A DNA stretch of 28,372 nt from a virus (lineage: Duplodnaviria > Heunggongvirae > Uroviricota > Caudoviricetes), in IMG/VR virus record IMGVR_UViG_2734482782_000001, positions 1 through 28,372 of that record. One strand, written 5' to 3'. Below the pieces are notes generated by a model, which did no database searches, was not told the DNA's origin, and saw only the letters and a list, made by a program, of their open reading frames with translations. The position numbers and the translations under genes were made by a program. This document shows positions 6,798 through 16,329 of this stretch, in pieces (position 1 is the first letter of the stretch; each line of letters opens with the position of its first letter).

Positions 6798-8806
6798 TAG
6801 CCCACCTTCGTTTGATTACCGCGCATGACCTGGGCGTTTGCCGACTGCTGCCGACGCTCGACCTCGGTACCGACAGAACGCGGGTCACCACCACCGTAGA
6901 TGTGATAGGTGTTTTGTTGCTGTACCTGCGCTCCCTTCCCGGGCATGTTACTCAACACCTTAGGAATGTAGTTGCGGGTTTCCTGCGGCATCAGGGCCAT
7001 TCCGTGCTTCTGCACGTTCCCGATCCCCCAGTTGTATGAGGCCAGCGCCTTGCTCAGGTCACCACCGTTAGCTTTCAGCAGCTGTGAGAGATATTTAGCA
7101 GCGGCCTGCGCGGCCTTTTCAGGATTGAATACGTCGTTCCCGCGCAGTCCCATATCACGCGCGGTACCGTCCATAAACTGAAACAGCCCTTTAGCGCCAG
7201 CGCCTGAAACAGCGAACTGATTTCCGCCCGATTCCGTTATGGCCACGCTGCGCAATAACCCCTCCGGAAGCCGATAGAGCTGCTCCAGGTTGGTTAGCAT
7301 GGGCTGCATCCATCCCAGCAGCTCAGAGCCCGCTTTGGTTGGCTGTGGCCGCTTGACTGACTGGCCGAGCTGTTCAGGCTCATCATCACCAAACCAGCCG
7401 CGCACCGTTCGGCCCACACTGCGAGGATCGAATCCCCAGTGCTCTTTAATCCAGTCGGCGGTACCGTTGGCGCTGTCTGTTACCATCGGCATCGCTGACG
7501 GATTTTCGCTGCCCTGATTGAGCATCTGTTTGCCGATGCTGGCGGCATCAGCCCAGCGGCCATCTTTAATGGCGTTGAGCAGGTCGGCGATCATATTCAG
7601 CATTTTGCTGAACTCGCCCATCTGGTCCCTGAAGTTGCTGAAATCCCACTTCAGGGACCATGATTTGGGGTCAATATTGAGCAGTTTCGCCAGCGCTTTC
7701 GCAAGGTCGTTAACGGTCGTTTTAAGGTCACGAACCATCTTCAGCGCGGCGTCGACTTCCGGTTTCCACTTGCCCCAGTCGATAAGGCTGTCGCCGCCCT
7801 CCTTCCAGGTCTGATAGTCCTCCCACAGAAGGGCAATCCCCGCCGCCAGCGCGGTAATAAGGCCAATCGGCGACATCCAGAACGTACTGTTCAGAATGCG
7901 TAGCGCAATCGTCAGCGCGCCAAACAGCGAGATCAGCTCCCGCGTTTGCTTGTCGAGTGATTGCCACCAGGTGATAAGGCTGGATGTTCCCTCAATAAGC
8001 CTGAAGAACAGCCGTCCGATGATGTCCCCGAGTGCCAGAATGCCTTTTATGGCTTTCGTCAGGGTCTGCTCGATACGCGGGAAGTTATCCAGGATATGAC
8101 GGCGCAGCGTGTCCAGCGAACCCGCCAGGCCACCAGCAAGATTAGAGCCGATTTTGTCACGGGCCATGCCTGCCATCGCGCCGAACTCGCGCAGGGAGGT
8201 CATGAATTTGTTGGAGCTTCTGGCCGCCTCGTCAGCATTGAAGCCGATAGCCTTCGCCATTGCGCTGTACTGCCCGGAGAAACCGCCAACACCCCGGCGC
8301 ATCGCCATGAGGGTATTTTCGTCAATGCCCAGCATCTGCGCATACTGGTTAGCCCGGTAGTACGGCATGCTGCTGAGCTTCTGGCCGACACCCGTAAAGA
8401 TAGCGGCCATATCGCGCATGTTACCGCTGGCGTCACGGGTCTGTACACCCAGGCGATTCAGGAAGCCTTCCGCACCCGGATTGTTACGAACAAACCGGGA
8501 GAGGCTTTCCAGAGAGGAGCGCGCCGCGTCTACGCTGCCGCCTACCTGCGAAACCGCATAGCCAATAGACTGAATCCCCTGAACCGTCGCGCCGGTGCGC
8601 TGTGACGCCCAGTAGAGATTATCCAGACCGGAGGCGATTTTAGCCGTAAAGGCCACCACAGTAAGCGCGGCACCTTCGACGGCCAGCCCCATTTTGATGG
8701 CGTTTGCGGTCGTACCTGCGAGAACTGAATCGAACTTTTCCGCGCCTGCTTCGTCGATATCGAAACCGAGCGAGACGAGAAAATCTTTAATAGTCTCAGC
8801 GTTCAT
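6797..8806 (-). CDS. Tail tape measure protein with C-terminal lytic transglycosylase (SLT)-like domain
   Basis: 669-aa ORF, ATG with GGAGAGAGG RBS. Alanine/glycine-rich helical N-terminal half, a hydrophobic segment (LISLFGALTIALRIL...GLITALAAGIALLW), and a C-terminal ...AITESGGNQFAVSGAGAKGLFQF...YNWG segment resembling SLT catalytic motifs. Lies downstream of the chaperone with frameshift. Confidence 0.75.
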   Translation of the reverse strand: MNAETIKDFLVSLGFDIDEAGAEKFDSVLAGTTANAIKMGLAVEGAALTVVAFTAKIASGLDNLYWASQRTGATVQGIQSIGYAVSQVGGSVDAARSSLESLSRFVRNNPGAEGFLNRLGVQTRDASGNMRDMAAIFTGVGQKLSSMPYYRANQYAQMLGIDENTLMAMRRGVGGFSGQYSAMAKAIGFNADEAARSSNKFMTSLREFGAMAGMARDKIGSNLAGGLAGSLDTLRRHILDNFPRIEQTLTKAIKGILALGDIIGRLFFRLIEGTSSLITWWQSLDKQTRELISLFGALTIALRILNSTFWMSPIGLITALAAGIALLWEDYQTWKEGGDSLIDWGKWKPEVDAALKMVRDLKTTVNDLAKALAKLLNIDPKSWSLKWDFSNFRDQMGEFSKMLNMIADLLNAIKDGRWADAASIGKQMLNQGSENPSAMPMVTDSANGTADWIKEHWGFDPRSVGRTVRGWFGDDEPEQLGQSVKRPQPTKAGSELLGWMQPMLTNLEQLYRLPEGLLRSVAITESGGNQFAVSGAGAKGLFQFMDGTARDMGLRGNDVFNPEKAAQAAAKYLSQLLKANGGDLSKALASYNWGIGNVQKHGMALMPQETRNYIPKVLSNMPGKGAQVQQQNTYHIYGGGDPRSVGTEVERRQQSANAQVMRGNQTKVG

Positions 8807-9038
8807 TATCCTCTCTCCATTTCTCTATACGGCGCTGGTTGTCAGCCTTAACGGCCAGGTGGTCATTCATCAGCGCGATATCGCACAGATCGACAGATCC
8901 ATCCTTCAGCGCGTAATAAGGGATTAACCCGGCGTCAACCGGGTCAAGGAGATAAGACAGCCCGTCAGGCAGGCTGTTGAGGGTTAGCCCTGAGGCTGGT
9001 CCGCCGTCGCGCTGGTAGGGCTCACGGGCAAAAAATTT
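8796..9038 (-). other. Programmed -1 ribosomal frameshift extension of the tail assembly chaperone (G/GT-type)
   Basis: Slippery heptamer A_AAT_TTT at minus positions 9038-9032, in the zero frame of the chaperone. By my translation the -1 frame stays open for about 80 codons across the 177-nt gap and stops at TGA around 8796, just past the TMP ATG. Confidence 0.6.
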
Positions 9039-9436
9039 CCCAACGAATCGGCGACCACCCGCGCCACCAGCTGCAGCATGGTTAGCAGGTCGATATCATC
9101 GAACATCAGCTGACCGCTGTTATATACCGGCGTCCATCCGTCCATGTGCTTGCGTGATACCAGGGCCAGGCACGGATGAATAATCGCATTGGTGTCCTCT
9201 TCGGTCAGAGAAGACAGTTCCTCAGCGATACGCGGAAGCAGGGTTTCAAACACCGGTTTCAGCTGATCGAATTTCACGGTGTCGATTTTGCCATCAGCGG
9301 GCAGAAGGGAGCGAATGCTCCCGAAATCTGACATCATGCCTGCCAGAACCGGCAGGAGTTTGCGGGTCACTTTCAGCTGGTCAAAAACGCTGAGTTTTGC
9401 CACGCGGTAATCGTGGCCTTTGATTGAGCATTCCAT
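8984..9436 (-). CDS. Tail assembly chaperone (gpG-like)
   Basis: 150-aa ORF between tube and tape measure, ATG with GGAGAG RBS. A slippery site lies near its 3' end. Confidence 0.65.
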   Translation of the reverse strand: MECSIKGHDYRVAKLSVFDQLKVTRKLLPVLAGMMSDFGSIRSLLPADGKIDTVKFDQLKPVFETLLPRIAEELSSLTEEDTNAIIHPCLALVSRKHMDGWTPVYNSGQLMFDDIDLLTMLQLVARVVADSLGNFLPVSPTSATADQPQG

Positions 9437-9439
9437 CTG

Positions 9440-9880
9440 TTAAAACTCTCCGAGTACCTGGTCGATTTTGCCGCAGTCAAACACCCAGGGCATCGTATTA
9501 CCTGCTTTAGCGTTGGCGTTATCCGGCTGTTTCTGGAACGCCACGCTGCGCGCCGTGATGATGTCACCGCTCACCTTGTTACGGATCACAATGACGTTGT
9601 TCCCCCAGGTGCCCGAGGACTGACTCTGGGCGTTGTACGCCAGCGACAGCTTTTTGTTCGTCGGTGAGGTTTTCAGCAGATTGATGGTCACCGTGCCGCT
9701 TTTATCCGCGTGCAGGCTGTGCATCACTTCGCCGTCAGCACCGATGGTCATGGTGTTTTTTGGGCCGCCCATTGCAACGGTGATCCCCTCCTCTGAACTG
9801 GCGGAACCATAGCCCAGATCAATCTCACCGGTCGGGCCGGAAAGGGACGCCGTGACGTCCATAAAAGAATACGTAGCCAT
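9440..9880 (-). CDS. Tail tube protein
   Basis: 146-aa ORF, ATG with AAGGAG RBS overlapping the sheath stop. Position is sheath -> tube -> chaperone -> TMP. Confidence 0.6.
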   Translation of the reverse strand: MATYSFMDVTASLSGPTGEIDLGYGSASSEEGITVAMGGPKNTMTIGADGEVMHSLHADKSGTVTINLLKTSPTNKKLSLAYNAQSQSSGTWGNNVIVIRNKVSGDIITARSVAFQKQPDNANAKAGNTMPWVFDCGKIDQVLGEF

Positions 9881-9891
9881 TCATGTTCTCC

Positions 9892-11037
9892 TTAGCGAAC
9901 GACGTTGATCTGAACATCAGCGAAATGAACCGCACCCGCCAGCTTACAGGCCACCTGAATAACCGGTGCCTTACGTGCTTCACGGTCTGCCTGCGCCTGC
10001 TCGGAAATCGGCTGCGCGTAGACGTAATAGCCTTTTGTCAGCGTATCGCCGGAATCCAGCTGCCCGATCGGGCCGCCGTTCCATACACCGGCAGCCACCA
10101 GCCCGTTTGTGACAGACTGATCCATCGACTGTTCGACATTGGAAAGGAGGCGCGTAACGCCAGCATCGGTCTGTGGGACTTTGGTTGTGCTGGTGTAGAG
10201 CAGGTTATACAGGTTGGTCTGAACGTAATTCTGCAGCCAGTCGAGCCCGTGGCGTTCATCGAAGAAATCACCGCTGGACATGACGCCCTGCTGCAGGATT
10301 GCCGTATCGTTCTGGTAGTACACAAACACGTTGCAGTTCTTGGTATCCAGCGCCGCCGCCTGATTGGTGGTCAGGGTTTCATACGTGATTCCCGGCTCCT
10401 GTTTGAACTTCAGGGTAATGGTGGTGTTGCTGCCGTTGAAATTCACGGTAAACGCGCGGCCAAACGCCGACAGCGCGGCGTACTTGCTGCTGGTGGAATA
10501 CTGCACAAACGTGCGAGCGTATTTTGCCGCCTTCAGCTTATAAGCCAGATCGGTAGTGGAGGTCGCGTTTACTGTCTCAGGATCTGCAGTGGTAATCGCC
10601 AGAATTCGGCTGAGACTGGAGGCCTCGATCGCAGCGGCCACGCTCAGCCAGTCGGCATCGTCGATATCTTCATCGTCAGCAACGGCCAGACCGTACCAGT
10701 TCGTGTAATTCAGAACGGCGTTCACCGCCTGCAGTAACGTTTCCGTCGAACCGCTTTCAGCCGATACCAGCGTTTTAGCCCAGCGACCGACATACACCTG
10801 CTGAGGTTTCGGTGACTGTGAGAAATACACGGTCGCGGCTTCATATTCCGGGCTATCCACGCCGAAATCAGAGCCGATATCTTCAGGGGATGAGTAGAGG
10901 CGAATACGCTCAGAAACCGGGATAACCGTCGAGCTCCCGAGAATGAGCAGTGAACCAAAGTTTCGACCAGTAGCCGCACGCGGCCCAATGATCACGTCGA
11001 CATTAACGACGTTAGATACAGGTAATCCCTGCGGCAT
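9892..11037 (-). CDS. Tail sheath protein
   Basis: 381-aa ORF, ATG start, first gene of the tail block, followed by tube, chaperone and TMP. Confidence 0.6.
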   Translation of the reverse strand: MPQGLPVSNVVNVDVIIGPRAATGRNFGSLLILGSSTVIPVSERIRLYSSPEDIGSDFGVDSPEYEAATVYFSQSPKPQQVYVGRWAKTLVSAESGSTETLLQAVNAVLNYTNWYGLAVADDEDIDDADWLSVAAAIEASSLSRILAITTADPETVNATSTTDLAYKLKAAKYARTFVQYSTSSKYAALSAFGRAFTVNFNGSNTTITLKFKQEPGITYETLTTNQAAALDTKNCNVFVYYQNDTAILQQGVMSSGDFFDERHGLDWLQNYVQTNLYNLLYTSTTKVPQTDAGVTRLLSNVEQSMDQSVTNGLVAAGVWNGGPIGQLDSGDTLTKGYYVYAQPISEQAQADREARKAPVIQVACKLAGAVHFADVQINVVR

Positions 11038-11040
11038 AAT

Positions 11041-11586
11041 TTAGTCTCCGAAAAATGAGACGGGCGCATCTTTCAGCGTCCGGACGTTGTAGGTACGAAT
11101 GTTTTTGCGGGACAGCGTGATGGTGAGGTCGTAGCGCCTCACCCACTGGTTATTAATGAGCTCGGGCAGGTTGTAGATAGTCCCGGCCTCCACCAGCGAA
11201 AGCCCCGAGCGATTCAGCTCGGCGTTGTTTTGCTCGACGAATATTCCCGCGCGGAAAGTTGATGCAGTGTTGGCCCCCAGAGGGCCATAGAAGCAGCAAA
11301 TCACCGTTACCTGTTCCCATGTCCATTGCTCGGACTGTTCTTCCGAAACCTGAACATCGGACTGGCTCAACGGCTGAGGAACGGTAGTGATACCGAAGGC
11401 GCACCACGTTACCCCGTTGTTGGGGATCTGCGGCTGCGGGTCAGTCCATCGGGGGAAAACAAGAGCGGCCGGCAAGCCAGAAACACCACGAATCCACCGG
11501 CTGATTTCACGCTCCAGCGCCTCGTCATACTGGGGGCTATCCCCGACAGGCGTCAGATAACCGCGCGCGGTGCTGTCGTTACTCAA
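11041..11586 (-). CDS. Head-tail joining / tail completion protein
   Basis: The track ORF starts at TTG 11667, overlapping the upstream gene by 89 nt. An in-frame TTG at 11586 with a GGAGGG RBS 7 nt upstream removes most of the overlap. Start uncertain. Confidence 0.5.
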   Translation of the reverse strand: MSNDSTARGYLTPVGDSPQYDEALEREISRWIRGVSGLPAALVFPRWTDPQPQIPNNGVTWCAFGITTVPQPLSQSDVQVSEEQSEQWTWEQVTVICCFYGPLGANTASTFRAGIFVEQNNAELNRSGLSLVEAGTIYNLPELINNQWVRRYDLTITLSRKNIRTYNVRTLKDAPVSFFGD

Positions 11587-11983
11587 CTGGCGTCCCTCCG
11601 TTAAAGTCCACCAGCTCACAATGCGCCTGGACGAATCCGGCGCCGTAACTGGTGTACGGATCGACAAATGTCACCCGGTAAGCACGCCCGTTATAGGTCA
11701 CGATATCGGCATCAAGTCGCGGGGCGCTGTCTGTACCGGGCTGGCCCTGGGTTAATCTGAACTGCGTCACGATGAGGATAGCGCCGCTAATGTTCTGGCC
11801 TGCCTCCATTCGTCTGGCTTCCAGAGAACGGTCAACCGTCACCACGCCAGAGAACGGGATATCCTGAACTGTGTTCTTCGTGAAATTGTCCTCATCCACC
11901 GTCTGAACCTGTCGGTGACACACCAGACTGGTGTCCATGAAGTCGGGATCGAGAAGAACATCGCTCACATCGAGAAGAGGCAT
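11579..11983 (-). CDS. Head-tail joining (neck) protein
   Basis: 134-aa ORF, ATG start, TAATG coupling. Confidence 0.5.
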   Translation of the reverse strand: MPLLDVSDVLLDPDFMDTSLVCHRQVQTVDEDNFTKNTVQDIPFSGVVTVDRSLEARRMEAGQNISGAILIVTQFRLTQGQPGTDSAPRLDADIVTYNGRAYRVTFVDPYTSYGAGFVQAHCELVDFNGGTPVE

Positions 11984-12489
11984 TATTTTTTCCTCACGAC
12001 GTAGTTAATTGAGCGCAGCAGGTAACCGTGGGCATACAGCGGCTTGTCGCCGGGAATGCCTTCGGCCCTTCTGCGTTCGAGGGTTTTCTCAGAAAGCGGG
12101 TGCAATCGGTCGCCAGCTCCGATAACGGCTTTTGCAGCGTCACGGGCAATCTGTCCGGCGCTCTCCAGCTCACGCACTGCAGCTTCAGTCTGCCCCTCCA
12201 GCGCGGCGGTTGCCGCTGCCTTCAGGTGCGCAGTGGTTCGGGGTTTTGAATCCTCGATCCCCATATCCAGAAAAGGACGTGGGGGAAGCGTGACCGTTGT
12301 ACCGTCGATTTCCACCGTTGCCCCCGTCGAGTGGAGGTAGCCCAGTTCCGCGTTATTTATCGGGGAACCATCCTCACGCCCTGCCTTGTCCACAGGTATT
12401 CCCACCAGCACATCCATTCCGGATAGCTGCCGGAGGGATTCCAGAACAGCCACGGCGTTATCAGCACGAACCGTTAACCCGCTTTTCAT
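11983..12489 (-). CDS. Head-tail adaptor / head completion protein
   Basis: The track starts at GTG 12528. The in-frame ATG at 12489 overlaps the upstream stop as ATGA, so I prefer it. Confidence 0.5.
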   Translation of the reverse strand: MKSGLTVRADNAVAVLESLRQLSGMDVLVGIPVDKAGREDGSPINNAELGYLHSTGATVEIDGTTVTLPPRPFLDMGIEDSKPRTTAHLKAAATAALEGQTEAAVRELESAGQIARDAAKAVIGAGDRLHPLSEKTLERRRAEGIPGDKPLYAHGYLLRSINYVVRKK

Positions 12490-12896
12490 AGCAGCTGCCT
12501 GCCACCAGCGCCGAACATCGACCACCACCAGTAGAACTCGCGCCCGTAGGCGGTGCTGTTCCAGAAACCGGCATCCGGATTGATTACCCCGGACACGTCA
12601 TAGCTCACTGAAACCTTATCCACTGACTTAGAGGACACGACACCTGCCGCGCCGTTGCTGTTCACACCACCAGCGGCAGCGGCGGCCAGCGTGCGGCCGC
12701 GCAGCTCCGTATAGTGAGCCGTGAATAGTTCGGCCAGGTAGACGAACTGATCGCCCTGTACGTCCTGATTCAGAAGCGAATCGGCCTGCCCCAGATAGAA
12801 ATTCACTGAGGGGTCAGGGTAGCGGGTTTTATCGGCAAACTCGGGAAAGTCGGTGCGGAACTGCTCGTTAGTCGGAAGCCTGCTGTTTTTTGGCAT
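12486..12896 (-). CDS. Head-tail connector protein
   Basis: 136-aa ORF, ATG start, in the neck-gene block. Confidence 0.5.
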   Translation of the reverse strand: MPKNSRLPTNEQFRTDFPEFADKTRYPDPSVNFYLGQADSLLNQDVQGDQFVYLAELFTAHYTELRGRTLAAAAAGGVNSNGAAGVVSSKSVDKVSVSYDVSGVINPDAGFWNSTAYGREFYWWWSMFGAGGRQLL

Positions 12897-13278
12897 TTTT
12901 CGCGTCCCCGCCGGTGTTATCGGTTTTGTCCGTGCTGTCGGCAGGTTTACCGCCTACTGGTGCCTGAGCGGCTGCCAGCTGCGCTTTCAGGTCTGTGTTT
13001 TCATTCCCCAGCGCGGTGATGGTTTTTTCATGCTCAGCCAGCTGCGCTTTCAGGGTGTTATTTTCTTCTGCCAGGAGAACAAGGCTCGCGGAAAGGTCTT
13101 CATTGCTCTGCTCGTTCGCCAGGTCGGCTTCGTCAATCGGGCGCGCATAGGCTTTAAAGGCCCAGTGGTCCTTAACTTCTTTCGGGAAAGAGGAACTGTC
13201 GTGGATGCCCTGAGAGAGCACAAATTTAGAACCGTCGGCAAAGCTGAGAGTTGCGCCACCGGAAACAACGTATTTCAT
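12868..13278 (-). CDS. Hypothetical virion protein with coiled-coil and low-complexity C-terminus
   Basis: 136-aa ORF, ATG with GGAG RBS, immediately after the capsid terminator. Heptad-like LKAQLAEHEK...LKAQLAAAQ segment. Confidence 0.5.
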   Translation of the reverse strand: MKYVVSGGATLSFADGSKFVLSQGIHDSSSFPKEVKDHWAFKAYARPIDEADLANEQSNEDLSASLVLLAEENNTLKAQLAEHEKTITALGNENTDLKAQLAAAQAPVGGKPADSTDKTDNTGGDAKNAKKQQASD

Positions 13279-13291
13279 GTTTTTGCTCCAT

Positions 13292-13313
13292 AAAAAAGGC
13301 GGGGTTCCCCGCC
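13292..13313 (-). terminator. Rho-independent terminator after the major capsid gene
   Basis: Plus strand AAAAAAGGCGGGGttCCCCGCC; on the minus transcript the GC stem is followed by U6. Sits 10 nt after the capsid stop. Confidence 0.7.
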
Positions 13314-13322
13314 TGTTTCAGG

Positions 13323-14270
13323 TTAAGACGCCGGAACGTCCAGGTAAGAGATCGTATTGGAATACGGAGTTTCCACCTGGCCCAGCTTGCCGTAGTAAGT
13401 GGTCAACTGCTGCAAGCCGCGATACTCCAGCGGCGTGTTCAGCAAAGGAACCATAGGGAAGCGAACGTATTTTTCGTCCTGGGTGTAAGCAACGATACGA
13501 TGCGCGCCACCAGCGCCACGCTTGGAGGCCCACTTCATGGAGACGATCTCCAGTGGTGTGCCGTTTTCCTGAAACGCGATGGTGTTAATCTTCACGTATT
13601 CCAGCACGGAGATATTCCCTGCAGAGGAAACCTTTTTGCTCGCCAGCAGGCCGAACAGCTCCGGAGCCAGACCGATTTTTGCCGGGCAGACCGCATAACC
13701 AGAACGAACCCAGCCATCAGACAGCACCAGGTTGATATCCTGAACAATCACATCCGGATCGGTGGTTGCGGTCCACGCTGCGGCTGCAGCAACAGGAGTA
13801 ACATCCGGCAGGTTCAGTAGGCCAGCAACGCCGAGCTCGTTATCACCGATATAAACCTGTTCGTCGGTGTCCATGTTCCATTTCAGCTTCATGCCTTCGT
13901 ATTTCTGGACATCAACCGGACGGCCCAGTTTCTGGGCAGAAGCCAGTTCCGGTACCGTCCAGCTGATTTCCTGTCCCCACAAGGTGAGGTTGTTACGGGT
14001 AGGCTGAATATCGAGTTCGATACCAGGAATGGCAGTAGCTTTTTTACCGATCCAGTTTTTACCGTTAGGGTTTGGACCACCAACACCGACAAAATCGGTA
14101 TTCGTGAAGGATGACACTTCATCAGCGATAGAAATGTCGCTGCGCAGCGGCATGTCGCGTGACCATTTGTAGGACACTAAAGGCATGTTCAGCGTCTGAT
14201 CCATGCGCTCCAGTTCGCCGACGAGAAACGCGCCGGTGGAGTCGATGGTCGCTCTGTCAATTGTAAACAT
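13323..14270 (-). CDS. Major capsid protein
   Basis: 315-aa ORF, ATG with GAGGGA RBS, followed by a strong terminator. Position is portal -> F-like -> scaffold -> decoration -> capsid. Confidence 0.65.
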   Translation of the reverse strand: MFTIDRATIDSTGAFLVGELERMDQTLNMPLVSYKWSRDMPLRSDISIADEVSSFTNTDFVGVGGPNPNGKNWIGKKATAIPGIELDIQPTRNNLTLWGQEISWTVPELASAQKLGRPVDVQKYEGMKLKWNMDTDEQVYIGDNELGVAGLLNLPDVTPVAAAAAWTATTDPDVIVQDINLVLSDGWVRSGYAVCPAKIGLAPELFGLLASKKVSSAGNISVLEYVKINTIAFQENGTPLEIVSMKWASKRGAGGAHRIVAYTQDEKYVRFPMVPLLNTPLEYRGLQQLTTYYGKLGQVETPYSNTISYLDVPAS

Positions 14271-14281
14271 TAATTATTCCC

Positions 14282-14785
14282 TCAGATGTTATAAGCGATT
14301 TCAATACGGCCGTCGGCTTCACCCGGCCCCATGACCTCTGCATTTGGCAACTGAGGTGTATTTGATGCGGTAGAGTCCGGAGACAGCACAAAAGAGCCAA
14401 CCGGGCTTTGAGTGGTACCACCAGCCACGCGAACGTAAACCGGATCGCCTTTTTTCGCGGTCGCCGCGTTGCCTGCGGTAGCAGTTACGCAGATGTAACC
14501 GCGTTTCAGGTTGTCACCAACCTGATTAGCCGTCACACCGATGTAAGCAAGGTCCAAAGCAGAGGTGATCGGGAACGGTCGAACCAGAATCCCTTTCACT
14601 TTGCTGATGGTGTCGCCAGATTCGAGCGGAACGAATTTATCGTTCACGTATTTACCAACCAGCCCGTAGGACGCGAACTGCTTCGTGTGGTCCAGGCTAA
14701 CCGGCTCGATGGTGAGATCACGAGGACGGGTAACGCCCCCGGCAATGCCCAGGGGCATGCGCGTTAAATATGCAGTACCTGCCAT
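14282..14785 (-). CDS. Putative head decoration / structural protein
   Basis: 167-aa ORF, ATG start, between scaffold/protease and major capsid. Confidence 0.45.
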   Translation of the reverse strand: MAGTAYLTRMPLGIAGGVTRPRDLTIEPVSLDHTKQFASYGLVGKYVNDKFVPLESGDTISKVKGILVRPFPITSALDLAYIGVTANQVGDNLKRGYICVTATAGNAATAKKGDPVYVRVAGGTTQSPVGSFVLSPDSTASNTPQLPNAEVMGPGEADGRIEIAYNI

Positions 14786-14796
14786 GATGATTTACC

Positions 14797-16068
14797 TTAT
14801 TTGTTTTTTGCCCAGAATTCGGCGTTGACCTTGTTCAGTTCTGCCGGGGAAAGGTGTTTAGTGCTGATTCCGCTGTCCGTGGTGCGGGTGATGTTACTTA
14901 GCGGGGTCAGCTGATTTTTCGCCTTATGCAGCGCCACAGCGGCAGTAAACACCGCGTCGACCGTAGCCTTAGGCGCTTTGTAGAAATCATCCACCCCGAA
15001 CGATTTCAGGCTGTCACCGGTGCGCATTGCATGACTCAGCACCTGACGCTTCAGGCTCTTATCGCCAGCAGGCTGGAAGCCAGGGCAGATAATTTCCGCA
15101 TCGGCGATCAGGTTGCGCTTAAAGGCTGCATCACCCGTCACTTTGCGGTTTTCTTCTTCGTCTTCGTCGGTGGTCATGTTGCCCGGGTCCGGATCGCCGT
15201 CGGTGGTTTTACCCTCCAGCTTTTCCAGACGAACCAGCAACGCTTTCGCCCAGGCTGGAATTTCTTCATCACCCGTGCCGGTTTTTTCTTTGTTCGGATC
15301 GCCTTCATCCGTAGTAGTGCGATTACCTTCAGGTAAGGCAGTAGCCTGTGAAGGAATGTTGATGGTGATAGAGGAACCGGGGATTGAAGGCATGCCATCA
15401 GACGGCATATCCGGCGCTTCGTCGATGAGTTTTGCCAGCGCATCCTCATCTTTCGTCTTAATGGCCTGAGCCAGTTTTTTAAGCCATGACATTACAGGCT
15501 TCTCCTTTGTTGTTGATGGGATGGAATCCCCGATTGCACAGCGGCCACCAGCACGCCCCCGGTCAATGCCGACTGCGAGGTGGTTACCTGTGATTTGGTA
15601 TTGCTTGCCCTTACCGGGCGCCAGCTGCTTGTACTGCGCGTCATAGCCGCAACTGACATCGGTTAGGCCAGAATTCACCGCGTCGATTGCTTCCTGCCGT
15701 TTAATCAGCACGTCAGCAATGAGCAGATCCGATTTATCGCCGGTGCCGCGCCGGACGTTCTGAATGTGTCCGTGCGCCAGCTCTGCGAAGTTGGAAGGGT
15801 TCACGAAAACGATGTTGCCCAGACTGTCCTCTGGATGCCCCAGCGTGACGGCGACGCCTTCAAAGCTCGCCATCGTCTCCGGGGAAAACACCTCGTCTTC
15901 TGTTCGCCAGACTGTCACCGTGCCAGTGCCGTCCGGTTCGAGGTCGATTTCCTCAGGTAAATAGACCTGCGTTCCTGTGCGTGCGATCGGCACGTCTTTA
16001 CACAGCAGCGAACCATCCGCCGTCAGATAGCGCGTTTCGCCCAGGCGTGTAGTGAAGAAATATTTCAT
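14797..16068 (-). CDS. Putative head maturation protease / scaffolding protein
   Basis: 423-aa ORF, ATG start. Very acidic, low-complexity C-terminal half (DEDEEEN, TGTGDEE) typical of scaffolds. Lies between F-like and capsid. Confidence 0.5.
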   Translation of the reverse strand: MKYFFTTRLGETRYLTADGSLLCKDVPIARTGTQVYLPEEIDLEPDGTGTVTVWRTEDEVFSPETMASFEGVAVTLGHPEDSLGNIVFVNPSNFAELAHGHIQNVRRGTGDKSDLLIADVLIKRQEAIDAVNSGLTDVSCGYDAQYKQLAPGKGKQYQITGNHLAVGIDRGRAGGRCAIGDSIPSTTKEKPVMSWLKKLAQAIKTKDEDALAKLIDEAPDMPSDGMPSIPGSSITINIPSQATALPEGNRTTTDEGDPNKEKTGTGDEEIPAWAKALLVRLEKLEGKTTDGDPDPGNMTTDEDEEENRKVTGDAAFKRNLIADAEIICPGFQPAGDKSLKRQVLSHAMRTGDSLKSFGVDDFYKAPKATVDAVFTAAVALHKAKNQLTPLSNITRTTDSGISTKHLSPAELNKVNAEFWAKNK

Positions 16069-16089
16069 GGGTTACCTGCTCGATTACGG

Positions 16090-16118
16090 GCAACAAAAAG
16101 GCCGCCCGGAGGCGACCT
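16090..16118 (-). promoter_or_regulatory. Terminator-like hairpin in the 5' region of the scaffold gene
   Basis: Minus strand AGGUCGCC-uccg-GGCGGCCU followed by UUUUUGUUG, about 22 nt upstream of the scaffold ATG. Could be a terminator/attenuator or a 5' stabilising stem-loop. Confidence 0.4.
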
Positions 16119-16153
16119 TGTGAGATGGGAAAAATGTTCGAAATAACGGGCTA

Positions 16154-16185
16154 TTTAACATAAGGGTTCTTACCCGCACCGACGA
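16154..16185 (-). repeat. Conserved 32-bp intergenic element, copy A (upstream of scaffold gene)
   Basis: Plus ATTTAACATAAGGGTTCTTACCCGCACCGACG; 27/32 identical to copy B at 20047-20078. Confidence 0.6.
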
Positions 16186-16329
16186 AAACGGACTCGATTA
16201 AAATGTCCTTTTAAAGCCGTAAAAGTAGCGATTAACTGGGCTGAAAATCGGTCTTTTCGAATACAACATTTTCATAACATTTCGCGGGTATTGCAGTTCG
16301 CATGAAATGAATGCTCAAAGCCGTATTTT

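Noticed and set aside
8796-8810. Possibility that the chaperone -1 frame runs straight into the tape measure ORF as one giant fusion
   Set aside because: Codon-by-codon reading shows the -1 frame is offset from the TMP frame and stops at TGA (about 8796-8798) just after the TMP ATG. The TMP is a separate ORF.
9883-10737. 284-aa plus-strand ORF antisense to the sheath gene; similar long antisense ORFs at 7961-8605, 4922-5701, 13251-13820 and 16947-17381
   Set aside because: High-GC coding regions commonly produce long antisense shadow ORFs. None has a convincing RBS or a partner gene on the plus strand, and all are fully covered by better-supported minus-strand genes.
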